Shown here: in pieces, positions 12,486 through 25,929 of the stretch | Numbering within the stretch: position 1 is the stretch's first letter | How the letters are laid out: each line of letters opens with the position of its first letter | Source of the DNA: Aplysia californica | Lineage: Eukaryota | NCBI RefSeq assembly: GCF_000002075.1 | Contig: NW_004797604.1 | Coordinates: forward strand, 389,341 to 453,340 | Length of the DNA stretch: 64,000 nt | Direction of reading: 5' to 3' | Notes under the pieces: generated by a model | The model's database searches: none | The model's input: only the letters and a program-made list of their open reading frames with translations | Told to the model about the DNA's origin: nothing | Translations under genes and position numbers: made by a program

Positions 12486-13649
12486 ACATGTGGAATTTTA
12501 ATATCTTTGATTCCACACACGAATGATTTAAATTATTCTGTGTTCATGTTTGAAATAATAACAAGGACAACTGTTTTGTACGTCCTTTCTAGATAAGCTG
12601 GTTGTGTGCTGTCAAAATGCATATTGCTATGACGAGAATCTGTTTTAAAAGTATGCACATTTTAGAAAAGCCAGTTGAGTGCTATTGAACCTGCATAGGA
12701 TCATTATGCTTTAGTTGTCACCGAATTTGAACACGATTTTCTATAGTATGCACATTTCTCTTTTCTAAAGTTTACATATCGTCGAGTTATAAGAAAAGGG
12801 GGCGTTTACCCTCGACCAATTTTAATGTTATCTGACACTCTCACACCCTTGCAGAAAGTCTACTCAGAATTTGGTAGATATAATCCCAAACGTGCCTAAC
12901 AGCCGATTAAGACTATTATAAGTGTGTCTTCTGTTATTTACATATTTCGTGGCCATTCCCACAGGCTATACAGCCATTCGATCCGTGAAGAGCCTAGAAG
13001 CGTTTTTGCGATTTAAAATTTCGTGATTATTTTATATGAATTTATCATTCCATATTGGATTCAAAAGTACATTTGTTGTATAATTTGGCGTATCTTTCGA
13101 TATTTCATTTTTACTTCTTTGTATGTCTTGTATAAATACGATGACATTTTATGCCGAAGCTGGCTGACTTAAAAGCCGGTCAACTGTATGAAATGGATTT
13201 AGTCGAGGTACTTTCAGGCCAGTCACGAAGGACTTTTTTCTTTTTCAATAGCCAGGCATAGGACAGACATTTCTGACGTCAGAAGGCTCTTTGGGAAAAA
13301 TGTCTGTTTAGTCGTGATATTATTGTCAGTAAAAAAAAATCCCCTACCCTTTCCTGAAACCTCAAATCTTTTCGGGGGTAAGATAGGGTGCAGTGGCTGT
13401 GGGGGTGCTCTGAGTTAATCTATTAATTCCTTGGTACACCAACAACCAGTCTATTTGCACTTTATAAAACATACAAGAGTCTGACTCCTATATTAACAAG
13501 TACTCTACGTCTGGCAGTTTAAAGTCAACTATACCCTTTAAAAAAATTAAACCTTGACTTCTGAAGTATGGAATTTTTGGAAAAGCAAACTGGTATAGGT
13601 TTAACGCCTGTGTCAACATAATACACTTATTTAAGAGGCAGGACCTCCG

Positions 13650-14146
13650 ACTTTAACGGTTTTTTTGTGTTTTACCGCGCTCACACCTACATGAGGACAT
13701 TTGAGCGCGAGGGACACATTAAACATTTTCAGTTGGGGCAGGAAATTTTGAACTTTGCCCGGTTGGCGGCCAAAGCCTACTCTTATCGATTTTAGACCAC
13801 CAAGGGACCTCTGAGATTTTTCTCTCTTGTCCGAAAAGGCTAGGCGTAGATCTTTCCTACCAGAGATTCATGGGTGTGGCTGAAAGACAACAGTAAAAGG
13901 AGCCAAGGATTAGCAGTAGAAAAGCTGCAGAAAGAGTCAGGATCCCAGAGGAGGGGACAAAGGAGGTGAGGGGGTGGGGGCAGAAAGTGGAACCGAAAGC
14001 AGACCACAGAACATAGCTAGAGAGCATGAAAGGAGGTGAAAGGAGACAATTTTAGAGAAGAAAAGTTTTCCGTCGCTACCTGGATTCGAACCCGAGACTT
14101 TGAATGAGTGCCGGACACCTTAACCTCCACACCACGAAAACCCCTG
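13650..14146 (-). mobile_element. tRNA-derived SINE family A
   Basis: Aligns with 2794-3306; B box GGTTCGAATCC on the minus strand. Confidence 0.82.
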
Positions 14147-16817
14147 AATGCAATTCTTTCAATCTTAATACCGACTTTTACTAATCTTGCGATTTTGATA
14201 GAACAGACAGAGCATTCGGTTTCTGACCTCACGATCTAAGTAAATCAAAACGTCCAAAAATGTTAGATAGAGCTTTATAATTCTACGACAGCGAAATGTC
14301 CGATCAGCAGCAGATGAAGGTCATTGTTGCAGGATGATTGGAACCCTCATTCACAGACCAGAAATAACAATTTTCGTATAAGAGAGAATACATTTGGCTT
14401 CTGCCTGCCGTTTTTAATAACAGATAAAGAAAACAGATGGGAAAATCTGCATGAACAACGAATCAATGCCCCCAAAACAACGAGCCTTCATCTTGTAAAC
14501 TATCAGGAAAGGACCGTTATAGTAAATGTTACAAATTCACCGGGGTAGTGCCGCACCGCACTTTGATCTATCTACGTTAGTACAAATGTATCAGTGTCTT
14601 TTTAAATATAAAAATACAATTCACTGGAGTACAGGCTTGCTGCACACACATGGTCTAAGTAGCCTGTTTGTCGATAAGGGCATTATACCTTTACGTCTTT
14701 ATACAGTTTCAAACTAATCCCAGGCCTGGCGCAAGAGACTGAACAATAATTAGGCAGAGTTTTTGTCCTATTTCTACATTGTGGCATGGTTCATAATAGT
14801 TAGTGCCCCGTATGTCTCAGCATTAGACACTTTCATTGCCTCGTTCTTCTTCATTCGAAAATTGTGACTTTGATGTAGATCTAGATCTAATCCATGCCAG
14901 CCTGAGCTGGCTCCTCAAGCAGGGCAGGAGTAGTCCTCCTAAATGACCCAGGTCACGGTAAAAGAGGGTTTAGGTTTATGTTCTGTCTCTTCGAGAGTGC
15001 TTCGGGAATCAGAGGTATGCGATTAGTGTCCTTGAAATATTTGACAAGAAATTGGCTTGGATTAGTAAAAAACATACGAACCCCCCCCCCCCAACTCCCC
15101 CCCCCCCCAAAAAAAAACAACAAAAAAACCCAAAACAACAACAACAAAAATCTCCAACTAAAACATAAGTATCATAAGTGTTTTCCTGTTCATAGATTCA
15201 TCGTAGTCCTCTAAACTGCAAACTAGCCTTAAGTTCAAGATATGGGACGACTGCATCCACGTTATTTTATACGTGACCTTTGCTGTATCAAACAGTACTG
15301 AGCGTTTGCCAAGAAGTTCGTTTCGATGAAGGAAAAACAAAACAAAAACGAACGACAATGAGGTGTTTCTTAAGTGTTTTCCTGTTCATAGATTCTTCTC
15401 ACTTTTCTAGAGTGCAAACTGTCCTCAAGTACATTAATCATAATAATAATATATATTACAACTACTGTCATAGTATGTGTCTGTATTATACTTGTAGATG
15501 TTGATTTTAAAACTGTGGCAGGGTTATCCTTGATGGCTTCCAATCTGTTGATGTTATGCTGAAAATGGCAATAGGTGCAGACTTCCTACCAATTGTGATT
15601 AACTTGCTCAGATTTTTGATTGGCTTTATAATTGAACTAAAAACAAGATAAGTGCTGTAGTTACTTACAAAAACAAATATTCGAATACTGATTACAGTAA
15701 AACCATTTATAATCTTTCACGGATAGCTCATCACAAAACATATTGCAGCTTCTAAACAGAGTCAACGCTCGCCGACATGATTTACTGTAAAAAAACAAAA
15801 TTTATTTGTCCGCAGAAGGAAAACCGTGACAATTTATTTATTTTTTCATAACAAATCTGTGGTAATTAATACATTTTTTCATTGTGGAAACGTTTTAAAG
15901 CAAATGAGTGTTTTATTCATGCGATGCGGACCAATGGCCTCAAACACTGAATAAACGTACTTACTTAGGCCTANNNNNNNNNNNNNNNNNNNNNNNNNNN
16001 NNNNNNNNNNNNNNNNNNNNNNNNNNNNNNNNNNNNNNNNNNNNNNNNNNNNNNNNNNNNNNNNNNNNNNNNNNNNNNNNNNNNNNNNNNNNNNNNNNNN
16101 NNNNNNNNNNNNNNNNNNNNNNNNGCCTGGGAATGGAAAACAAAACGGTGGAAGGTGGGATTGGGTAAAACAGTCGGCCAGCTGCTGTTCAGATGAGCTA
16201 AGCCCACCATTTTGAATTTTGTTTGTTTGTTTAGATTGCAGATTCTTAACCTTTGGTGTCAATTGCTTACACATAAAATGTTTGGTCGAAACCCGAAACT
16301 TTATTGTTGATAATATAAAGCAAGAAAAGATTCACAACGTGGGTACAGTTTGTGAAAGAAATGAACGTTTTTTTCCCTCTCATCTGAACATATGTGAGGC
16401 GTGCTGACACAATGAGTTACTTCTCACAGTCCACAAATGGAGATATTGACCAAAAATTTACAGTATAGGGTCAAATTTGTAAATTTTCTATAGATGCCAT
16501 ATTCTTTAAGTATAACACTCCTTATATTTCATACCTATAAATTGTAAAAACTTCACCTATAAGTGTGATGTATCTATTTCCTTAAGGCCTGAATCCGAGA
16601 AGTAACTCTTTTTGTCAGCTCGCTTCACATATTTTTTAGTTGCTTTCTAATCTTAAGACTTTTGCCCACCTTGCCAAAGATAGGTAATTTATAGCGACAG
16701 GTACTTCGCATGTAACATTTTAGACGTTTTTGTAAGTCCAGTTACATTCATTAGAACGCCCCCAGGCAGAAATATCAACCCGCAGTTTTGTTTCCCTGAG
16801 TATCGCCAGCTTGTTTG

Positions 16818-16827
16818 GTCATGTGAC
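16818..16827 (+). promoter_or_regulatory. M-box-like E-box GTCATGTGAC upstream of copy 2
   Basis: Same TTTGGTCAyGTGACTTT context as copy 1, followed by an AT-rich TATAAG. Confidence 0.6.
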
Positions 16828-16889
16828 TTTGATAATATTATAAGCAGCTCAGCAGCCGGCCAGTTTCTGCAGCCAGTTCACTGGTTAAC

Positions 16890-19800
16890 ATGACATCGTT
16901 AACTTGTGCCGGAAAAGGTCTCGCCTTTTCCTTTCTGATTTCAGCCTGTTTTCTTTCTTTGTTCCAAGATGTCAATGGTTACGAGCCTAATTGGAAGTCG
17001 ATAGATTCGAGGCCTCTGCCTGGTTGGTACGATGATGCCAAATTGGGTATCTTCATTCACTGGGGAGTTTTTTCAGTCCCCAGTTTCTCATCAGAGTGGT
17101 TTTGGTATAGATGGAAAGTCAAAAAATATCCGCCAGTTGTTGAATTCATGGAGAAGAATTATCCACCAGACTTTACGTATGCAGACTTTGGCAAGGAGTT
17201 TACTGCTGAATTTTTTGACGCAAACAAATGGGCAGACATGTTTGAGAAAGCTGGCGCAAAGTGAGTATGTAAAATAATTTTTACAAACATTTATTTATTA
17301 CCACGCTTACACTTGGGTTAGGCCTCTTACAGGAATGGCTAAAATGTAATAGAAGTCATATATTATATATAAACCCCCCCCCCCCAANNNNNNNNNNNNN
17401 NNNNNNNNNNNNNNNNNNNNNNNNNNNNNNNNNNNNNNNNNNNNNNNNNNNNNNNNNNNNNNNNNNNNNNNNNNNNNNNNNNNNNNNAAAAAAAACCCCC
17501 CCCCCCCAACCAAACCAAAATAAAAAAACATAAAAAAAGTATGCCCGCTAAAATAAACGGTTACCTCGTTCACACAGTAATTTAGGCTGCAAGAACATGG
17601 GTCATCCAAAACTGTGTCTCTCCCTTCACTAAGTTCTCTTATCCAGTGGCAAATTGTGCTAGTGTTATATGAATAAGCACATTCATCACAAGCATTTTGC
17701 TAATTTTCATGAATCAGTTTTTTTTTTAGAGATTCACTAAGTTTACAGAGCGTTTAGATGTTGAAAAGTATTTCTTCTTTTGTTAACTCCATCTAGTTTT
17801 CACTAGAGTGCAAAGCATCCTTTGCTTGTAACGCCATAAAATAATCAAGAGTGACATCACAATGAAACTCCAGTCTTCAATTCGAAAGTAGACATTTACA
17901 GATAAATTATGAGTATTGCTTTGTGAAGGAAGTAAAAAAAACTTAAGCGCTAGATAACATATTCCACTACTTTCTGATCCACCCTTGTATAGCATGTGCA
18001 ATAAATGTGTACCCAAAACAAACCAAGCTACACCAACATCACATAAAATTCAATAATATAACACTACTCCAGAGGACACTGGATCAGTGTAGTCTTTAAT
18101 AATCGAGGTCAATAAGGTGTATAAGATGACTCAACATAATATATAACTTGAGGGTAGTTTTCTCATACCAGTAGGCTTTCTAATGCAGTTTGAGAATTGT
18201 TCTTCGTGGCTTTACTCATGTCGTAGAAAGAACTGACGGATAAGAGATATGTCCACTATTATGATTCAGACTTTTATATATTTGCAACTGTTTCACATTG
18301 ATAAATGGATGTTACCTAATAAAAGTTGAACTCTTTTCCTTCAAGGTACGTGGTCTTCGTAAGCAAGCATTGTGAAGGATTCACTAACTGGCCGTCAAAA
18401 TATTCTTTCAGCTGGAATTCAATGGCTGTTGGACCTAAAAGAGATATTGTTGGTAAGGCCTTTTTATGAGTGGTTCATCAGCCTGCCGTGTCAGACATCG
18501 GCAATCATAGTTCGCTCCTCATTTCTCTACCCAGATGCTCAAAAAAATATAGGTTGAAGTATCTCCACATCACCCACCAGTTCAAGTTCTCAGAGCGAGT
18601 TGTTTATGGTCTTTGTCTGCCTCTCTTTACTTCCGTTTCTCCATTCAGAACCCCCCCCCCCCTNNNNNNNNNNNNNNNNNNNNNNNNNNNNNNNNNNNNN
18701 NNNNNNNNNNNNNNNNNNNNNNNNNNNNNNNNNNNNNNNNNNNNNNNNNNNNNNNNNNNNNNNCCCCACTATTATGTTTTTAAGAGGCGGGACCTCTGAG
18801 TTTAAAGTCCATCTCCGAAAGGACATAGCCAAATGGGAAATTCGTGTTAGATGTCTTTCCCAAGGACACAACGTCGGGCTGAGTCTCGAATCTCCGAACC
18901 CGCAATCTCAAGATAACGGGTCCGGTAACCTAACCACACGGCCACCGACGCCACTGTTTCTCCATTCAGTGAGAGCAAGATGTTTAGGGCTTTTTTTGTC
19001 TGTTGAAGTATCTCGGAAACTGTTCTTTTCTCTTCCTGTTTTTATTCGTGAGCACTCCCCTGGGGCTTCTTTCAGCACCACCGTGGCCCGTTCGATTACT
19101 TTTCCTTCCATAAAAAACCCAAAAGTTTAATAAGAAGACACGTATCTATACTGGGACTTCAAGTTCCTTGTCATTGTTTTTGATAATTGCCAATCATTCA
19201 CAACCGTTAACCAAAGATGGGCTTTCAAAACTCTTATCTGGCTTTCATCGGAATTTTATTTTTTGTATTTTTTAAGCTTGAGTTCATTTTGTTGAAGATG
19301 TCTAATTGTTACTGCAATTCTTCGTTCCATTTCAGCAGTACTTTTGGCAGGTAGTTTAACAATATATCTTAGATATTCAAACTACTTTAACTTGTTTGAT
19401 CGTTTCACATTCGATTATGTGTTTGGTTTCTTTACATTTTAAAGATAACCCATTACGTTAGTGACGTCGGTATTTTAGTGGTTAGACCACCGAACCTGTA
19501 GTCGTGAGATAGCGGGTCCTGGGTTTCGACCGACGTTGTGTCCTTAGGAAAGGCACTTTACGGGAATTACCCATTTGGCGCAGTCCTTTCGTAGATGGGC
19601 GTTATACTCGGAGGTCCCGCCTCTTTAATAATCTAATAGTATTGATAGGGGCATTGAACTGATACCATTTCACCATTTCACTAGAGAAATATAGGCTGGT
19701 ATTTTTGATAACCCCCAAATCAGAGAGCTGGTATTTCTTTCAGGTGAACTCATGAATGCCACACGGAGCAGGACTGATCTGAAGTTTGGCCTGTATCACG

Positions 19801-22800
19801 TATTGTATGAGTGGCTCCACCCTTTGTATCTGAAGGATAAGGAGTCTGGATTTAAGACGCAAGATTTTGTCAATGTGAGTCCCCTGATCAATTTGTGTGT
19901 GCATTTTGGGTAACCTTTTGGTGACTATATTATTATCTTAAATAATTTGGATCTTCAGTGAGTGTCATTGTGTGCATGTTTGAGGGAATGCTTTTGGGTT
20001 TTTTTGCCTTCGTTTCTCTGAGTTTTTGACCCGTTGGAATTAAATATGGGTTGTTCTTTATAAAATTGAAAATAAAATATCCCCGCTTGTGAGGATTATG
20101 CATTTGAAAACCACCAGTGAAGATATAACTTTTTTTTCAGCTAAAGACAATGCCTGAAATGTATGAGATTGTGGAGACCTACAAGCCTGAGATCTTCTTT
20201 TCTGATGGGGACTGGGAAGCTCCAGTTGAGTACTGGAAGTCTTTGGAGTTCTTGGCTTGGCTCTACACCTACAGGTACACTGGGCCTCTTCTATTCATAA
20301 ACGGAGCGCAACTGCAGTGTGGGCAGTTACATGATTGGCGAACGGAATGGATGGTTCGCAAGTGCTCTGCTGTGGTTTGCTCCTTTGTTCATTTCAAACA
20401 TCTATCCTTGTCCTCATCTCTCCTTTTTGTGTTTATTTCTCTCTCCTGTCTGGGGAGGGGAAATCCCTTCTACTGGTAACATGTAACCCAGTACAACCTG
20501 TTGCTTGGACTGTTTTTTTTAGCATAACAGCATGGGGCGCATACGTCTTTGGTATTAGCGGCCAGGACGGATGAAGCTCACTGAGCCTTAACGGCCACAC
20601 GCTAAAGAACTTCAGTGTACCACTTCAGTGGCCCTCGCTGTTCTCCACGGTAGAGGTGTGCACTATGATGTATGTCGTATGTAACAGATGAATATCTAAT
20701 CATTCTTCCCGGCCTCAACTTTGAAGTTGGTGGCAGCAGGTCAGTAGAGGTATGGGCAAGAAACTGACAAAATAATAAAATGAAACTTGCTGGACAATAT
20801 TTTGAATACAAGATTGGTGACTGCCAATCAGCGTTGAAACCAGTGACCCTGGACGAGAACCTTGGAACCCTTTCACCTGCAGGTCTGCTTGATTAAAGAA
20901 ATAATACAGACAATGGGCATTTTAATAGGGAAACGAATGATGATGAATTTATGGCCGAAATTAATGAAAATGTGCTACACTTATTAGTCAAGAAGAGCTT
21001 AATGACTCGGTCAGAGATCTTTAATCGTCCAAAAAAAAAAAGAGAGAATAAAATAGAATAAAGAAAACAGGCCTGCATTTCCCTTTTCGATGACAACAAT
21101 AGAATCTCCTTCAAAAAGGTTTTAAAATAACGGTTTCATAGGGTAGAACATATGTGGTAATCACAATATAGCATCTCTACTTCTAGTACTGCACAAGGGA
21201 TATACCAAACACTTAGTTCTTGTGTCTTTGGAACAGTCAATGTTAATGCAAGCACTCATAGCAGAAGACAATAGTCAGAAATAAGACGCGGAAAATTTTA
21301 CTATTCAAATACATAATGTAGTCTGTAGTTTCCCGTTCTACTCTTTGGAAACATACCATACCATACCATAGCATAGCATACCATACCTTACCGTACTGTA
21401 CCCTATTTTGTTTTATTACACCATATCATACCATTGGCAGTTTCAAGATTTTTGTGTTTTATTCAAAACGTACTCTCTTGTTTCTCAGCCCTGTTAAGGA
21501 CACAGTTATTGTAAACGACAGATGGGGAATTGGCGCTAACTGTACACATGGAGGGTACTACACATGCGGAGACCGCTACAACCCAGGTGAGTTGGTAAAA
21601 TGATGATAAAGATACTAGCTCACCCAGAGAGGAGAACATTTCTCCAGCGAAATAGAAGAGTTAGAAGAATTAATGGTTAATATGACTTGCGACTTCTGCT
21701 GTGGCCGATAAGACCATATCCGGCTAAGAAAAGTTTGGAACAATTTCAAGTTCCACTTCCACTTGTATGTGTATGCAGCTTTCAGGACTCTCCCTTTGTT
21801 CTAGCATTTCTTATTTATGAAGTCTCATCTGATTTGCTGTGACTATTTGTCTCCAGCTGGGTCTGTCAGCAGCTAGGCTTTCCCTATAACGTATTTATGT
21901 TTAAGTCCTTCAGAAATATATACAAGGTGTCACTTTAGCACTTTCTAGGCATGCCAACCTTTATCAGCAAGATGTTTTCGTTCCAAAACATATTACAGCC
22001 CCCCACTTAGTTCCTTCACCTGACCTTCATCAGCAAATCTAGTTTCACTGAGAGCAACAGTATCGAGGTCTTACCTCTGCTGAGCTCCATTGCAATGATT
22101 GCTGTCCTTCTGTCAAGATTGGAGTCATTTTCCTGAAGTGTGCTCCAACAACCAATTTTCATCAGTTTTCTTTTATTGTGTCGATCGCATTGAGGCATCC
22201 TTACTGACCGTGGTGAACCAGTCCGGGTAGATGAAGTGAGGTTTCTTTAGGGCATCTTTTTCAGCTCCTTCCTTTTGTGGGGTGAGCAGTCCTGTCATAA
22301 AGAGGCTGCTCATATACCATATTATGTGCTGCTGGGTCATAACTTCGGCTCAACTCGGTAATGAAACGACCAAAGCCCATGGCCGCTTTACTCTCAGGTT
22401 TGTGCTAACAGCTCCCAGCCTATGCAAGCCTGTTGTTCACTAGTCACAGAAGGAATTTGATGGGGATGGACGACAAAGAAAAGGGAAATAATAGACAAAA
22501 GCAGATGTTTGACTTGCGTAATGGTTTTATAAAGTGAGAAAGAGAGAGGCTCAAACATCAGACTTACTCTCTCGCCCAGGTACACTGATGGCAAGATAAA
22601 GATAAAAGGTGATCAGATTAGTATCTAGGTGCAGTTAAAATCTAGTTTAAAAATGCAAAATTATACGTAAGTCATCGTTTCACTACAGTTATCTTTCAGG
22701 TATTTTTACACGGTAGCAGTGTGCAATTTGAAGCATGTCATGTGTAACAGACGAAGTTCTAAGCATTCTTTCTGGCCGCAGCTTTGAAGTTGGCGGCAGC

Positions 22801-25300
22801 AGGCCAATGGTAAACAGCCAGGGGAGATGGCAATAGACAGTCACACTGGCCTGGCTGCTACGGCGTTGGGCAACCACCGAGTATCGTCTACTTGACCCAG
22901 CCCTTCAAACGGTAGGCCTAGTTAGCTGGGACTGCAAGGCTCTGGTAGTACCTCTAGGCTGTTTGCCCTTCAATATGGATGGCATTCTGGCAACCTCCTG
23001 CACCTAGATACTGATCTGATCGTCTTTTGTCTTTATCTTGCCGTCAGATTTTACCCAGGCGAGAGAGTGAGTCTGAAGTTTGTAATGCTCTTTCTCACTT
23101 TAAACAGAGTTTCGCGCATGTCAAACATCTTTTTTACCATTGAAACAATATCATCCAAACTGTACACAGCGGGTGGTATCAGTTTGTCTTAACTAGATCT
23201 ATATCATATTTTTCACATTTGAGACAAGACTAAAACAACTTGTCTTCATAAATTTAAATGTAATACCATAAATCTACGTCACGCCGAAAATGGAATTGTT
23301 CACAGCACTTCCCGCTTGTCACACACATTTTGCGTACACGTATGGCCTACGTCACAGCTCCCCTTTACATTGAGTAATGAACACTTTTTTGCCCTAAAGG
23401 TTCTCAAAACATAGTTCGATAAACGTAATCTTGCGATTAGAAATAAAAATGACGGACTTGCTTTTAAAAGAGATAATTGATAATGTCCCAGCTGTAAAGC
23501 TTTAAAAATCTGTAGAGAGTACCCACTGGGATTTTTTTTATTAGCATTTATTAAGGAATTTTTAAAGAATAAAAGTAACATGTGTTCTAAAAAATATTGA
23601 TCTGTTCAGACAAATTGATACAAGGCACTGTGGAAAAGCTGGAGAGCTTTATGTTCGATATTTGAGGAGATATTTGACAATAAGTTGCGCCACAAATTTT
23701 GACCGCACTATACATAACTTTTATCTTAGAAATACCATTTAGATAAGTATTGCTATACTTACAGGTGTCCTTCAGAAACATAAATGGGAGAACGCAATGA
23801 CCATCGACAAAAGATCGTGGGGTTTCAGACGAAATGCTCCCTTGGCCGATTATCTGAGCATTGAGGAACTGCTGCAGACATTCGTTATTACTATTAGGTA
23901 GGTTTTAATACAGCCTCTAACAATGTCTAACAGGATACCCCAGCGTCTGTCTCCCTGGACACTGAGATTGTCATTTGGAATGGTTGGGGTGAAGTGGGGT
24001 GGGGTGGGAGGGATTGGGGGCGCGTTTAATTAAGTTGCCTGAACCTTCATGTTTGATTTGATTTATACAAGACTGTTCACAGGTATTGGGTTTTTATTCT
24101 TTTTTGTTTTAACTGAGTTAAGTTCAGACAGTCTTATCGTATCTTATAGGCTACTTACCGTCTGTTTCCAGGAAGATTAAGATGAAATTGAAATATNNNN
24201 NNNNNNNNNNNNNNNNNNNNNNNNNNNNNNNNNNNNNNNNNNNNNNNNNNNNNNNNNNNNNNNNNNNNNNNNNNNNNNNNNNNNNNNNNNNNNNNNATTG
24301 GAGCTCTGTTAAGTCGCGTGAATCTCCAGTTTTTACTTAGTTTTAACAGAATGTAAGTTGACATTTGGTTTTAAGCTATCATTTTTTTCAGCTGCGGAGG
24401 CAACATGCTGATGAATATAGGACCTCCCAAACATGGCCAAATTTCTCCGATATTTGAGGAGCGACTTCTTCAGGTGGGGTCTTGGCTTAAGGTCAACGGC
24501 GAGGGTGTCTATGCTTCCAGGCCTTGGACTTACCAGAATGAGACTGTGACCAAAGGTGTATGGTGAGTAACATTCTATTAATTGTGTATGAACGGTATGC
24601 ATTTTGTGAAAAGGGCCAAGGGTGAACAAAGAACAATGTGGACCGATGACATCAAGGGATGGACTAGTGTAAGTTTGACAAAGTGTAAAATGGCAGCTAG
24701 CGACCGTAAGCACTGGCGGGTAACTAGTCGTCGACCCCTGAGCCAGAGATGACACCTCCACAGAGATAATCTACTAGGATTCTGAAAACATCTGATGAAG
24801 CATTTCTCTCTCTCAATCAACTCATGTATATTTGCTCTCTAACTTTATATTCGCATTGAAAGAAGTAGAAAGTCAGTAAGTATATGTATTCAAATTTAAT
24901 GTCAGTCTACATGTGTGTCTCTTTTAAAAAATAGCATTTGATAGTATATATCTGTCTTTATTGCCAGTTACATTTTTAACGGTAAGATACACTGCCACTT
25001 TATGTTTCTGAATCTCATGTTTATCCTACCTTCCCCCGTTGTAGGTACACAAAGAAAACCGATGCCAGTGGCACGTCCCTGTACGCTTTTGTCTTCCACT
25101 GGCCAGACACGGGGACTCTCAGCCTTGATTTACCTCAGGTATCTTCTGCTACCAAAGTATCTCTGCTGGGGTATCCGACCTTGTTCAACTACCATGCTCG
25201 TAGTCCCAGAGGGCTGGACATCTCCGTTCCTCCTATCGCTGTGAGCAAAATGCCTTGCCAGTGGGTGTGGGTCTTCAAGATCACCGCTGTGGTTAACTGA
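16890..25300 (+). CDS. FUCA: Alpha-L-fucosidase-like (GH29), tandem copy 2, variant active site (HCEG/YHV/FSDG); 8 exons, 466 aa
   Basis: Exons 16890-17260, 18346-18452, 19744-19874, 20141-20274, 21489-21586, 23765-23897, 24392-24562, 25045-25300. Same exon lengths as copy 1, GT..AG introns, no stops or frameshifts. Confidence 0.95.
18649..18955 (-). mobile_element. tRNA-derived CORE-like SINE (family D) with 14-bp TSD; specific to copy 2 intron 2
   Basis: TSD GTTTCTCCATTCAG at 18635-18648 and 18956-18969; minus-strand head GTGGCGTCGGTGGCCGTGTGG and TGTGTCCTTGGGAAAG; absent from copy 3. Confidence 0.8.
19461..19680 (+). mobile_element. SINE family D (paralog at 37883-38105; other copies 28245-28454 minus, 13590-13648 minus fragment, 50598-50730 plus)
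   Basis: tRNA-like head, CORE-like TGTGTCCTTaGGAAAGGCACTTTAC, and (CCATTTCA)n tail. Confidence 0.75.
21615..23000 (-). mobile_element. Internally deleted RTE LINE (5' UTR + APE endonuclease N-terminus + 3' end), copy 2 intron 5
   Basis: Minus-strand relic [31 protein letters not shown], fused to the RTE 3' terminus. The 5'-most part is inverted. Confidence 0.7.
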
Positions 25301-25929
25301 ATTTTGAGAAAATTATGATGTGTTGTAATGTTGTTGTAAAGGGCTTCTCCTGACTACAGATTCAAGCCTTGCAAAAAGTACTTATTATGCGGATATAACA
25401 TTTTATATCACAGATCAACGAGCTTTGAATTTTTGTTACAAAATGCCCCCCCCCCCCATAAAAAAAAAAAAAAAATAAATAAACACACAAAAAAAACAAC
25501 AACAAACAAAAATCGAATGTTTCAGTTGTAATTAGCAACCACAATTGTTTATAAGAACGATTGGTCTCGTAGTTTTTTGGTTTTCTTTGTTTACATGCTC
25601 TTTCTTTGAATGATTTTATGTTGTTTGGAATAAAATATAACAGTATTATGACATATTATCTTAGTACTGTTTGCATTTATCGGTTTATTCTCTGTTCTTG
25701 TTTTTCTGCTGTATGATATTATTTCATTCTTCTAGGTAGGCCTGTTGGTCATAATAAAAATATGTTTTTTTATATTATTAGTCCCCACCCAGTCAGTCCC
25801 TATAGAGGACATAAACAGTGTGCCCACCTTTGCCAAATTCTAAATGTTTAAAACGATGAGTGATAGATGACAGGGAAGATACCTATTATTAATCATTTCT
25901 TTTTCTTTTCTGTTACTATGAAAAGTGAA

